DNA of 62,978 bases, counting the filler, from Stramenopiles sp. TOSAG23-3 (Eukaryota), in NCBI GenBank assembly GCA_900128585.1. It is 8 parts of 8 records of this genome, joined end to end, with 100 filler letters (N's around TTAATTAATTAA, not from the genome) between each part and the next. Parts side by side here need not be neighbours in the genome. Positions count along the whole stretch, not along the records: positions 1 to 13,811 come from LT642606.1; positions 13,912 to 27,693 come from LT642607.1; 6 more parts are not named here. One strand, given 5' to 3'. The notes below the pieces were generated by a model, which was not told where the DNA came from, made no database searches, and saw only the letters and a program-made list of their open reading frames with translations. Both the position numbers and the translations under genes were made by a program. Shown one piece after another: positions 11,775 through 22,902 of the stretch. Position 1 is the first letter of the stretch. Every line of letters starts with the position of its first letter.

Positions 11775-13811
11775 CTATTTCCGTTCAAGCTTTCGGTACC
11801 CTTTCCAATCGTCTGGGGAGTCTCCCCCTGCTGTTTCCATGACAGAAAGCAAAACTGATGTAGGTCCGTCGTGGGGCATCAGGGACTGGGCTCGCAGAAG
11901 CAACGTCTTTGCGAGCGTCCAATTGCCGCTCTTGTACTCTTTTACGCCAGATGCATGCAACTTTTTAAACTCTGCCGGCATCGAATATTGAAGCTCGCCC
12001 AATTGGTTGCCTGCCCCAAAGTTAATGGGCTGTTGGCACCCATCAGCGTCAAACCGCCTTTCTAAAAAATGGCTTGGGTGGTTCAAGATGTCGAACACGT
12101 ACAAGTCTACGGGAACTGTGCTACCTTTGACGGTAACGCAGTCAATCTTCCGACACATTTTCCTGGCTGCTGGCGACAGGGCTCGAACAAAGGTATGAGA
12201 AAGGATTAGGTCCGTCTGATATTGGCTCGAAGCCGAAGCAAGCCGAGCTGTCATGTTGACATTCGGGGACAAATACGAGGCATCGATTTTGTACTTGGAT
12301 CCTATGGCGCCTTCGATTGCCCAGCCAACATGCATTCCAAGCGTCAACTGGACACTTACAGATGTGCCCAAACTAGACACGACAGAGGGATTGTGAACAT
12401 ACTTTGCGAATACCCCGGAAAGGTTCGCCCTGTGTATATTGATCCTAACTTTCAATATTGCAGCCAACGCACTGTCGATTAGCTCTTGGGCAGTCACTTC
12501 GCGATAAACCTGACCACCCCCTCGTAGCTGCTGCGGTGTGGTCCCTAGTCGTGCATTTTTGGTATTCCTAGTACTGTCAACGGCATCTAACCCTGGCAAA
12601 ATCCCTTCGCACAGACGCCATGCGAGGAGAAAGCTATCCCCTGTGTTCTTGTTCGCGGCACCGTAGTAGCTGTGTACGCTTTCGTGCACAATGTCTGCAA
12701 TCAAATTTATCAGTTCGATCGAGCTCTCCCCCAAACAAGACATAATCTCTGAAAAGTTCTTAATTTGAATGTATGCGAATGCGCACGTCACCTTTCTTCC
12801 AGGCTCCATGGCGCGAAGTTCCCCACGCCCCATATTTTTCGCAATAATGCTCGCCCCAGCGACCCCAAACCCCACTTGTAACAAACCGCCGATTTTAGTC
12901 AGGGTTTTTTCTAAAATTACCGTTTCAAACTCATCTACCTGGGACACTTCGGCCTGCGCCAAAGACTGCAAAGGGTTGTCAGCGAGTTTTCTGACCAGGT
13001 TGTACATTCTCTCCAACGGTTCGACGACCATAAACTCTGCATCCCACATAAATACGACCGATGAACCGACCAACAAGGCGATGATAAACGACGTTTTCCA
13101 CGCATTTCTAATTGCGCTGTCTACGGACTCAGCTTTTCTATCTATGTACACAGTACTACGGCAACCCGAAGTCGCAACGCCACTTTTCAAAACCCCTCCT
13201 TTTCCGTAGCACCCTTCTGTCGTAATCACAGAGATCTCATGCTCGCGGAAAGTGGACATTATTTTTTCAGGCGAGTCGTTCGTGTTCTTGCTGGGGTCCC
13301 AGCCCGACGAAGGCTCTGATCCAAGACTATACGGTGCAGTTCCGGTGGTATCCATCGGTTGAAATTTCAATTGCCGAAGCCAACTGTTGATCTCTTTCGA
13401 AGACAATGCATTTGTGCAGGCTTTCTGGGGGCATATTTCCAAATATAGCACATTTCCAACGCCACGGCTATAATGGAAAATCTGGGCGCGGAACAGGTCT
13501 TTCCCGATCGCACCAGACGCGTTTCGATCTTGAGGGATTCTATGCAAATCTACTAAACCGTATTCTTCGAATTGGTCTTGTGGCAAAAATATGAAGTTAG
13601 CATCAAAGAACGGGAAAATTAAAATGCACCCCAAAACGATCAAGATCACCCGTCTGTTGGTCAATTGGATCATCTTTTGGCTGACTGCACTGGGCTCTTT
13701 TTTCGCCTTCGCATCGTGTTGTAATGCTCGCTTCTCGGGGCTAGAAATGTCTGTGAGCTTATTTATCGCCTCGTGATCTTCGTCCATCTTCGCCTTTCGT
13801 TTAAAAAATTG
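11775..13811 (-). CDS. Class III adenylyl cyclase of the protist ion-channel/cyclase/TPR type (5' truncated by gap)
   Basis: Frame is open to the gap (QFFKRKAK-MDE). LTNRRVILIVL helix, FETVILEKTLTKIGGLLQVGFGVAG, GAANKNTGDSFLLAW, GMHVGWAIEGAIGSKYKIDASYLSPNVNMTARL, and a C-terminal DGPT..WKGYRKL tail typical of this family. Confidence 0.88.
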   Translation of the reverse strand, partial: QFFKRKAKMDEDHEAINKLTDISSPEKRALQHDAKAKKEPSAVSQKMIQLTNRRVILIVLGCILIFPFFDANFIFLPQDQFEEYGLVDLHRIPQDRNASGAIGKDLFRAQIFHYSRGVGNVLYLEICPQKACTNALSSKEINSWLRQLKFQPMDTTGTAPYSLGSEPSSGWDPSKNTNDSPEKIMSTFREHEISVITTEGCYGKGGVLKSGVATSGCRSTVYIDRKAESVDSAIRNAWKTSFIIALLVGSSVVFMWDAEFMVVEPLERMYNLVRKLADNPLQSLAQAEVSQVDEFETVILEKTLTKIGGLLQVGFGVAGASIIAKNMGRGELRAMEPGRKVTCAFAYIQIKNFSEIMSCLGESSIELINLIADIVHESVHSYYGAANKNTGDSFLLAWRLCEGILPGLDAVDSTRNTKNARLGTTPQQLRGGGQVYREVTAQELIDSALAAILKVRINIHRANLSGVFAKYVHNPSVVSSLGTSVSVQLTLGMHVGWAIEGAIGSKYKIDASYLSPNVNMTARLASASSQYQTDLILSHTFVRALSPAARKMCRKIDCVTVKGSTVPVDLYVFDILNHPSHFLERRFDADGCQQPINFGAGNQLGELQYSMPAEFKKLHASGVKEYKSGNWTLAKTLLLRAQSLMPHDGPTSVLLSVMETAGGDSPDDWKGYRKLERK

Positions 13812-13911
13812 NNNNNNNNNNNNNNNNNNNNNNNNNNNNNNNNNNNNNNNNNNNNTTAATTAATTAANNNNNNNNNNNNNNNNNNNNNNNNNNNNNNNNN
13901 NNNNNNNNNNN
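13812..13911. other. Artificial contig spacer 44N-TTAATTAATTAA-44N; others at 27694-27793, 41534-41633, 55368-55467, 57271-57370, 59174-59273, 61077-61176
   Basis: Seven identical 100-nt blocks whose 12-mer puts stop codons in all six frames; several cut open reading frames. Confidence 0.97.
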
Positions 13912-14255
13912 TTACAGGTAGTATTATATTATTCTATTTTTTTATCTATCTCCACCACACCTCCTCCTCCTCATCAAAAAAAAAATAATAATAATAAAAA
14001 TACAAAAAAATACAGTAATAAAATATTTAATTTTTTTAATTATTATTCTTCTGTGTGTTTAGATTAGAGTTGAAACAGCTCTCTGTGAATTTTACTCTTA
14101 TTACTACACGTAAATAATTATAAGAAAGTATATTGATTAAATTGTTTTTAAATTGAAGCGAAAAATAGTGAAACGTTTCATTTGAGCCACACAGTTCTCT
14201 TATCTGGGCCAATTGCAGGAGGACAAGAAGGGGGAAAGAGAGAGAGAGCCTGAAC

Positions 14256-15599
14256 ATGCCGAGAAGACGAGGTTCGGAACCGCGAGTGTCCGTACGGACG
14301 TCGCCCAGGGGGTCGCCGAGTGCTGCCGCGCCCCTCAAAAGAAAAATGACAAGTTTTGATCAGCTTGAGGTAGGAAAGCGCTATGTGTGCTACGGCGGCG
14401 ACTGGGGGAATGCGAGCAAAACGGAGGCTGGAAAGAAGAAAACGTATATAGGAGAGCTACTGGCGTTGCGCGCAGAAAAAGCGTATTTGCACTTCGTTGG
14501 GTTGGATAAGCGCCTGGATGAGTGGGTGACGTTGGAGCGTATTCTGTTCGAAGAGTACGATGAGGACACTGCCCAGGACGATGTACAGCACCGGTCTGGC
14601 AACGGGAGGTCGGGTATGAAACGGAGGCTGGATGGGGGCGAAGGAAAACCAGGCATCAAGTCGAACAAAGCGAAAAAAACGTCGGCTTCGTCCCGGCACA
14701 GTGTGCATTCCCACGGTCACCACGACCCAAAAACAAAAGTTAGGAACGTCCAAAGTGTTCGTTTCGGGAATTACATGATCGACCCTTGGTATTACTCCCC
14801 GTTCCCTGGAAAGTACGGAGAGAACGTAGAGACCTTGTTTATTTGCGAATACACGTTCAAGTACATGTTAGAGTTAGAAAAACTGCAGAAACATACGCTG
14901 TCGTGCCCGAAGCAACCGCCGGGCAAGATGATTTATAGAGACGACAATCGCAAAATTGCCGCATTTGAAATTATTGGTGGGGAGCACCCAGTGTACTGCC
15001 AGAACCTGTGTTTGTTTGCAAAATTGTTTATTGAACACAAAACGCTGTACTACGACGTTGATCCGTTCAAGTTTTACGTGGTGACAGAGTTTGATGACAT
15101 TGGGCACCACCCCGTTGCGTATTACTCTAAGGAAAACAACTCGTCTGAGAAATACAACCTGGCGTGCATCCTGACCTTTCCCCCGCACCAACGAAAGGGG
15201 TACGGCCGGCTGTTGATGTCCTTGTCTTATAAAATGTCGAAGCGGGAGGGGATGTTGGGCTCTCCGGAAAAGCCATTGTCCGATTTGGGGAAAATCAGCT
15301 ACCGGTCCTTCTGGACTTTTTCGATTTTATCATTTTTGCGCAGTCAGCGGCCGGGCAATGTTCCGTGTTTGGACGATATCATAAAGGAAACTGGGTTCAA
15401 GCGCGAAGACATTGTGAGCACCATACACCACCTTGGTATGCTAAAGCATTGGAAAGGGCAGTACGTGCTTCACTATTCTAGAAGCATGCTGGACAAAACG
15501 TTGAAATCGTACGACCGAAAAAGATTTGGGGAGAGTTTTTGCAAAGACGAATATTTTCTGTTTGAAGATGAAGGTATCACGATGACCAGCTCAGAATGA
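14256..15599 (+). CDS. MYST-family histone acetyltransferase with N-terminal Tudor-knot/chromobarrel (Esa1/Tip60/MOF-like)
   Basis: YLHFVGLDKRLDEWV, IDPWYYSPFP, YCQNLCLFAKLFIEHKTLYYDV, NLACILTFPPHQRKGYG, GSPEKPLSDLG. Confidence 0.95.
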   Translation: MPRRRGSEPRVSVRTSPRGSPSAAAPLKRKMTSFDQLEVGKRYVCYGGDWGNASKTEAGKKKTYIGELLALRAEKAYLHFVGLDKRLDEWVTLERILFEEYDEDTAQDDVQHRSGNGRSGMKRRLDGGEGKPGIKSNKAKKTSASSRHSVHSHGHHDPKTKVRNVQSVRFGNYMIDPWYYSPFPGKYGENVETLFICEYTFKYMLELEKLQKHTLSCPKQPPGKMIYRDDNRKIAAFEIIGGEHPVYCQNLCLFAKLFIEHKTLYYDVDPFKFYVVTEFDDIGHHPVAYYSKENNSSEKYNLACILTFPPHQRKGYGRLLMSLSYKMSKREGMLGSPEKPLSDLGKISYRSFWTFSILSFLRSQRPGNVPCLDDIIKETGFKREDIVSTIHHLGMLKHWKGQYVLHYSRSMLDKTLKSYDRKRFGESFCKDEYFLFEDEGITMTSSE

Positions 15600-15807
15600 G
15601 GATAGCATTTTTGACATTTTTTAATGAAACGTGGTCCGCTGGTCCTTTCTACTTTGCCTTTTAAAAAAAATATATTATACGTATACATATAGTATGCTTT
15701 CACCTTTACCTTTTAAAAAAAAACAAATTATTTACCTTTTAATATCTATGCGTTTGATTGTTTTTTTTTTTAATTACGTACTACTCTTATATATAATTTG
15801 GATTAGG

Positions 15808-15857
15808 GTACGACGAAGCTAAATTTAATTACTTAAATAACAGCCAATTTTCTTGTT
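15808..15857 (+). repeat. Conserved ~50-bp 3'-intergenic element, copy 1 (full)
   Basis: GTACGACGAAGCTAAATTTAATTACTTAAATAACAGCCAATTTTCTTGTT, between the convergent MYST and EDEM genes. Confidence 0.9.
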
Positions 15858-16051
15858 TTTCTTGTTTTTATAATTTGTTTTTTATACATATCGTGTTACC
15901 GAATATTCGGACTTCTCGTAAGATTAAAATATTCCTTTTGACTTTTAGGAATCAGTTTAGTGCGAACTTCAAGAAATAAAAAAATGATCCTCCCAATTGC
16001 TAAATTCTGAAAGAGGTTTAATATATTTCTGTACTGCTGGGATCTCAGGTC

Positions 16052-18328
16052 TCAGGTTTCGTTTTCTACGACCGAACGTTGTCGGAGCTGCTTTGTGGCC
16101 GGTGACACTTTGAGTTTCTTCAAAACATTGCGAGCATAAGTCTGCAGCGAATATTTCTCGCCCCTTGGTTCACCTTCACGGCACCGTTCCCTGGCCATTT
16201 CGTTGTTCTTTAGCGCTAGTTCGGCGCCGGCCACGACACTCTGGAACAGGTCGAGTTCTTTAGGGGGCACGGGCGGAGGTGGTGGGGCAGGGTTTTGTTC
16301 GAATACCTTCAAAATTTCCTGCTCGAGCGTTTGCTTGTCGGCGCCAGGATCGTTGCGATCTCCATGGATTGGTCCCTTCGATTTTTTGCAAAAACAGCAA
16401 AATGTAAAAATTCGGTACGCGAGTCCGATGATGTGGTACCAAGTGAGAAGAGTCATCAAAGTGGGCCTGTGGTCCAAGTATTTGATAATGGTGGAGGTGA
16501 CTGAACCCTTTGAAGCAGGGGCATTTTCTGAACGGGAAGTCTCAACTGGAACTATGATCCCAAAAGGCGACTCGCCATCTTTGTACCGTAGCGGCGGTGA
16601 CCCTTTAGACACATACCTTCCCTCCTCCGGCCAGCACACAAAATCTTCAAAACGTGTTGGGTTGTAAGAAGTTTCGTACAGGGGATTCCAAGACCGGTGT
16701 CTCGGGCAAGGATTCTCCGCAAAGCGACGGTAAACTTCCACAGCATTCTGCTGGCTAGGTGACCAGTAGGGACTGTTTTTTAAACGCTCCCAGTCTGTCA
16801 GAGGCACGGGAGGTCTTTCGCGGTTGGCGGTTGCGGCATGTTGTTTGTCCTCGCCACGTTTCCTACTACGCAAAGATCGCCTGGAAAATTGATCTAAGTT
16901 TCTCCCGACTGGAAAAGGATGTCCTTCCGTTGAAAACACTACATTCCTGCTGTGCAGAAAATTATTTTTGTCAAAGAGCAAATAAAAATATTTACATGTC
17001 TCTGCCAGGAAAAAGCTCGGCATGATATTTTCCTGACTCCCATCGTTAACATCTGCGATCGACGCAACCCCGCAGTCGTTTTCCGGTTTGCACTTCGATT
17101 TGATAGCTTCCAGCATCGCCATCCCTTTCTCCGCCCATTCCTGGGATTCCGTGGCGCGGTATAAGTAGTATGCGCTTTCAATAATTTCGGGGCGCAACGG
17201 ATATCCGTTAAACCCAGGCTCAATTTCGATGCTTTTTATGTTGAAACGCTCTGGGGGAAAGCTGTACGCGCTGCAAAGCGAAAAAAATGCTTTCAAAGAG
17301 TCTGATGCCATGTTTATGTCACCGTACAAGACTTGCAGCCCTGGCCAAAATCCTTGTAGACTGCTAAAAACTGTCCACGAAATGTTGCCGGAGTGCATTT
17401 TTGCCTCCACGTACCATGGCCCACGCTTTATGTACCGGATGACTGCAGTGTAGCTCTCTATAAACATGAGCAAATCTTCCTCCTTGCCAAACATGATGTA
17501 ACTCTTCAACAGATACTCGTAAAAAGAGTCAACGAACGTCCCTATGCCCGCATCGTCATGCGTCCATTTACCTGTTAAAATGTCTATGTGAGCACCGACT
17601 AGGTTGAGCTTTGATCTCCGGGACCACAAAGCATGAGTCGCGCGGCGCGCTGCTTGTTCGTAATTGTAATCATCAGTCAAACGAGACAAAACACCAAATT
17701 CGAGCAAAAATGAGCCTCCCCCCGCCGTGCACGTGACACTAGATTCGTTCGATGCAATGCCGTGCCTCAGATTTATACTCCCGTACGGGATACCGGTTGG
17801 GGTATCAAAAGCGGGCAGCAGTCTACTTCCTAAATCTTCAGCAAGATTCAAGAGCTCTCCATTGTAAACCCGATTTCCTTGGACCAACTGCAAACTTTCG
17901 TCCGCTGCCAAGACATGAGACGACAGTAGACCGCCGAGGATCCTAATGTTTATTTCAAAAACAGAAACCACTTTGTCTTTGTCAAAATTTAAATTATCTA
18001 CAACCAACCACAACCCTTTGGTAAACTCTGTCGAATCCTTCATCACTGCAAGCATATCGAGAGAGTCAACGAGAGTTAGAAACAGCCCGCCGAACATTCC
18101 ATTGTCGCCAGAACACGTCAGTGGTTTCAATTCGTCTGCAGGGTAAGCGTTTTTCATGTAAGCTTGGTACCCGTGATAAAATAGGTCTGCAGTTTTTTCT
18201 TTTGCAAGCTTCATGTCCATATCATTGTCCACAGCCTTCACCCGCGGCCACGGGTTCAGAACCAAAAGGACCAGTAAAAAAAGTGCACGACCGGCAGTAT
18301 TAAAACAATCTCTTCCGGCGAAAAACAT
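16052..18328 (-). CDS. Glycoside hydrolase family 47 alpha-1,2-mannosidase, EDEM-like
   Basis: Signal peptide; AYPADELKPLTC, LTLVDSLD, SVFEINIRILGGLLSSH, AFDTPTGIPY, GIGTFVDSFYEYLLK, YPLRPEIIES, SFFLAETCKY, STEGHP. Confidence 0.95.
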   Translation of the reverse strand: MFFAGRDCFNTAGRALFLLVLLVLNPWPRVKAVDNDMDMKLAKEKTADLFYHGYQAYMKNAYPADELKPLTCSGDNGMFGGLFLTLVDSLDMLAVMKDSTEFTKGLWLVVDNLNFDKDKVVSVFEINIRILGGLLSSHVLAADESLQLVQGNRVYNGELLNLAEDLGSRLLPAFDTPTGIPYGSINLRHGIASNESSVTCTAGGGSFLLEFGVLSRLTDDYNYEQAARRATHALWSRRSKLNLVGAHIDILTGKWTHDDAGIGTFVDSFYEYLLKSYIMFGKEEDLLMFIESYTAVIRYIKRGPWYVEAKMHSGNISWTVFSSLQGFWPGLQVLYGDINMASDSLKAFFSLCSAYSFPPERFNIKSIEIEPGFNGYPLRPEIIESAYYLYRATESQEWAEKGMAMLEAIKSKCKPENDCGVASIADVNDGSQENIMPSFFLAETCKYFYLLFDKNNFLHSRNVVFSTEGHPFPVGRNLDQFSRRSLRSRKRGEDKQHAATANRERPPVPLTDWERLKNSPYWSPSQQNAVEVYRRFAENPCPRHRSWNPLYETSYNPTRFEDFVCWPEEGRYVSKGSPPLRYKDGESPFGIIVPVETSRSENAPASKGSVTSTIIKYLDHRPTLMTLLTWYHIIGLAYRIFTFCCFCKKSKGPIHGDRNDPGADKQTLEQEILKVFEQNPAPPPPPVPPKELDLFQSVVAGAELALKNNEMARERCREGEPRGEKYSLQTYARNVLKKLKVSPATKQLRQRSVVENET

Positions 18329-18909
18329 CGGACCTCAAAAAAACTAATAAATTTGCAACAAACCGGCACTAACACCGCCGCCCCCGAACAAAAAAATTAT
18401 GACACGATATCAAATTTACAGGAACAGGCTGCAATCGGTATGAAGCGCAGTGGCATATCTAAGAGTAACGAACAGCGGAATGAAACAGACACTGAAACAA
18501 CCGCGACGAATTTTACTAAATGTTTAAGAAATTATAGTTGCCCTATATGCTGTCCTTGTTTTCAATGTTTTTGGTACCATTCTGTTATTTTTGCGAGAAG
18601 AGGAGTGTTTGCAATTATTATTAACAACAACAACAAAAAAATTTAGACGACGACTACTCCTCGTACTCCTCGTAGACGACTAAATAATGGCACTGATGCA
18701 TTATTAGTCTAGCTATTATTCCAATTATTATTCTTAATTCGCTGTTTTATTTACTAGTCGTCATATATTTATAATATAATAATACCACCACATGATCGAT
18801 TGAAAAAAACAACAATAATAATTTTTAATAATAAAATAATATACAATAATAATAATACCGGTGTTAAGAGTCAGTCTACCTCTTCTACTCATTATACTTT
18901 TTTTTCTTT

Positions 18910-21683
18910 ATGGACGACGGGCATGTAATAAATAATGCATTGATTTGATACACAAGCTTCTTACTTTTTTTAAGAACGGTAAGCCCTCCTGCCTTTTTTC
19001 TTTTCACTCCTTGTTTACTCGCAAGCAAGCTGTGATGTATTTTATTGCAGGGGAAAGTGGGATAGCGCGAAAGTTGCCGACGGCTTTGCCTGCAGGGGAA
19101 AGTGGAATACCCCCGGCTTTGCAGCAGTTGTCTTCGGACACGGGATCGTTTTGGTCGACCTCGTCCCGATGCGCTAGGATAGACTCCCGAACGGTATCAC
19201 CAGATACATTTTTTAAAGACTTTGTTGCAGCGCATAAACCTGTTATCATTGAGCACCTAGTGGACCATTGGGGGGCTTTGTCAAAGTGGGACGATGTAGG
19301 ACATTTGGTAGAACATTGCGGGGACAGTTATGTGACAGTGAATTATTCCCCTGACGGATACGGGGACTCGGTGAAGCAGCTTCAAACGGGGCAGCGGGTT
19401 TTTGTGAAACCGCTTGAGAAAAAAATGCAGTTTCGTGCCTTCGTGGAAGATTTGTACGAAGGGAAGAAGCCGAGTGGAGTACATCCCAGGGCTGTGCCGT
19501 ACCTATCGCGGCAGAACGATTCGTTCAGCGATGAGTTCAAAACGCTGTTTAAGGATGTAGATACTTCGCTGGAGTTCGCGGAGAGAGCATTTCGGAACTT
19601 TCCAGAAGCGGTAAACCTTTGGTTTGGCGACGAACGCTCTGTGAGCTCTACCCACCAGGACCCGTTTGAAAATTTCTACTCTGTTGTGAAGGGGGAGAAA
19701 CGATTTATCTTGTACCCCCCCAGCGATGTACCATTTTTGTGCGAACAAGTTTTTCAGCAGGCAAACTACGTCATGCGGGATGGGCATTTTGCGGTGGAGT
19801 TGGAGAAAGATTCATTTACCCCGTGGATAACCGTCGACCCACTGCTGACTAGTGACGAGCTGGGTCAAAAATACCCGTTGTACAAATTTGCGCACCCTGT
19901 TGAGGTCAACCTGAAAAAGGGCGAAACGCTGTATTTGCCCGCCTTGTGGTTTCATCACGTGTCCCAAACCGGAAAAACAATAGCTGTAAATTACTGGCAC
20001 GACATGGCATTTGATTTCCGGTTCACGTTCTACAATTTCGTAAGGGCAAGTTCTGGCTTGAATTCGTATGGAGAGCTACCTAGCGAGCTTGAAATCCGGA
20101 AATGTCTAGAGAATTATGGTTCCTGTGGGGAGAAACAGCAATGCTCCGTCGTTTTTGATTTTGATTGGAGTCTGATCAACGAAAATACAGACACCTGGAT
20201 CATCAAGCAGCTCACGGAAGGGACGGGTTTTTACGAGGAAGTCATGCAGAAGAGGGTGGCGGATAAACTGGGTTGGACCGAACTGATGGATTTTGCGGTC
20301 CGCACCATGACCGGACCCCGGTTTAACGTACCAAGAAGCGCGTTCGACAAGTGCCTGATCTCAATCCCATACTTTAGAGAAATGTTTGAGGCAGCGAAGC
20401 TTGCCCACGACAAGGGCTGCAAACTCATTATTCTCAGCGATGCCAACCAGTACTACATTGATACCATCTTGATTCACCATGATTTGCACACTGTATTTTC
20501 TGACGTATACACAAACCACAGCAGTTGGGATGAATCCAGCGGCGAATTTAGAATTTCCCCTTACCACAGCGTTGGAAGAGTGCCCCATGGTTGCCCACAC
20601 TGCCCGACGAATTTATGCAAAGGAGGGGTTTTGGACGACCTGATTGTTGGCCCCTCAAACGAGCGCGGAAAAATTATATACATCGGGGACGGTGGTGGTG
20701 ACTTCTGTCCATACCTGCGTCTAACGAGCTCCGACTGTTTCTACGCGCGCGAGGGCTATTCATGCCACAAAAAAATCAACAAATACTTGAACAGCCTCGA
20801 GAGCATTGATGGAGACGCAGTAAAATTGCGCACCTGGCAATGCGGGGCTGATGTTCTGAAGTACTTTGAGATCGACGCAGTCGCAAACGAACTCTCCAGC
20901 ACCACGACTTCCCACAGTCTCGAATATTATGATGCCCACGCCCACTTCCAGCTGCATGATCTCGCTTCGCTCCGTACAGAATTAGAACATGCTAGGAAGC
21001 GTGGGTTGGTGACTTCCATTATAAACGCAACGTCCGAAAGGGACTGGGACCAGGTTTTGCAATACAGGTCAGAAGGCAGTGGCATTATTGCCGGCCTAGG
21101 CGTCCATCCTTGGTACATCGACGAAACCCTTGGCGAGGAAAATGAAAATTGGGCCGTCAGGCTGAAGTGCCGCCTGAAGGCTGATTCGAGCATCTTGGTG
21201 GGTGAGATCGGCCTTGACAAACTGAAAGGGAACCTTGAGAAGCAAAAAGAAATATGCAAGGAGCAGCTGAAAATTGCAAAACACCTGCACAGGACCATTG
21301 CGGGCATCCACTGCGTTCGTTGTCACGGCACCATGTTAGACCTGCTTCGAAGTGTTTTTCCCGACGGAGAGCTAGCGCCGAAAATGCTAATGCACGGTTG
21401 GTCCGGTGCGGCAGAGATTACAAAAAGATACTGCAAGCATTTTCCAAACATGTACTTTTCGTTTTCCGCACCGCTGAGAGGGAAGCAGTTGAAAGGGGGG
21501 GTGAAATGCGTACCAATAGACCGCATACTTGTGGAGACGGACGATAAGAGCCCACGGCACATATTTCAATCGTACAGTGCAGTGATATCGCATATGATGG
21601 AAACGATGGATTCTACGAAAAATATGACCGACTATGACATTGTAGCGAAGATTGGGAAAAATTTTAAATCCCTTTATTCATAG
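18910..21683 (+). CDS. Triple fusion: JMJD7-like JmjC hydroxylase + PHOSPHO1/2-like HAD phosphatase + TatD nuclease (5' end uncertain, probably two short introns)
   Basis: One uninterrupted ORF. JmjC: THQDPFENFY..YLPALWFHHV..AVNYWHDM. HAD: VFDFDWSL, ILSDANQYYI, CPTNLCKG, YIGDGGGDFCP. TatD: DAHAH, GLGVHPW, VGEIGLD, IHCVR, MHGWSG, VETD. Start at ATG 18910 assumes GT-AG introns at 18925-18974 and 18979-19050. Confidence 0.85.
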
Positions 21684-22902
21684 AATGAGTAGGTGCCAGC
21701 CTGAATCCACCATTGCGTGCGAATGCATGTCTTTGACGACTATCTCCTTCACTCCGTGAAAGAGTATTTCTTGTTTTACAAAACTACAAATATATAAAAA
21801 GTACAACTAAAAATATTATTCTCCAATTTAATTTTTATTATACACCGATTAATTGCTATTGTGTACAGGAAGGTACCAGGGGAAATAATTAATAAAAAAG
21901 AACGACCGTCGTTGTTTTCTTTTAAGTTAAATTTTATGATAGACACCTGTTTTAGAAAGTGTTCAGTGTCCTTGGCGCGAAAAAAAATCCGACTCGATTT
22001 TTAACGTACGGAAGCGTTTGGACAGAAACCAACAAAGAAAACAAAGAAGGACACTTAATGGCATAAGTCTAGATCAGGTAAGCGCGTCTGGCACGATAGC
22101 CGTCCTTTAACGAACGTTTATAAATTGTTTGCCCTCAATTGACTTGGAAATTCGGTTCCGAGGGACAATTTTTTGTGAAATGGACGATTTCACCTAAGCG
22201 CCACCGGAACAAACACTAATTTATTTGTTGGCGTTGAAAAAATGAACCGTACTGGCATACTTTTATATCTTAGAAAGCACTTTTGGCTGTTTAAATTTAT
22301 AAAAATTATTCTTTTTTCATAAAGATCTCTTCGTCTCAAATAGTTAACACAAAGTTGTTTGCACTTTTTCAATTCCGCGCCAAAGATACTTGCATCCGCA
22401 ATCTTTCGTCTCTCTCCGTTATCAATGCTGTGTATATATAATTATAGTACAACTAATACCATAGCGTAAAAAGTCCCATTCAGAAGAGTGGTTTCACTTT
22501 CTCTTCTCATAGAACTTGGAAAAATGCTAATAATAGAATACGAACGATTTCTAAAAACAGCCTTTTTTGTATATATACACACAGCAGGGTCTATTTCGTC
22601 AAAATTTTGAATTTTAGAAGAACATAATAATAAATATTTCACCACAGCAACGAAAAAAAACAAAAGGATCCTCTCCTCTCTCTTATTAATATAATAGATG
22701 AACGTTACATATTTACCACTTTCCAAATTCCATCAGGTTCAGTTTGATGAAGCTATAAAAATTATGTTCGTTCAAATGTTTTTTAACCCAATCAGCAATA
22801 GCTGTTTCGATGGTACCACCATACTTAAATTTGCAAATTTCCATTTTATTAATTCTATTCGCCTGGTTGAGGCAAACCGGTATTCATACCAAACAGAAAA
22901 AT

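Noticed and set aside
13856..13867. TTAATTAATTAA palindrome recurring seven times
   Set aside because: Always flanked by 44 Ns on each side; an artificial six-frame stop linker.
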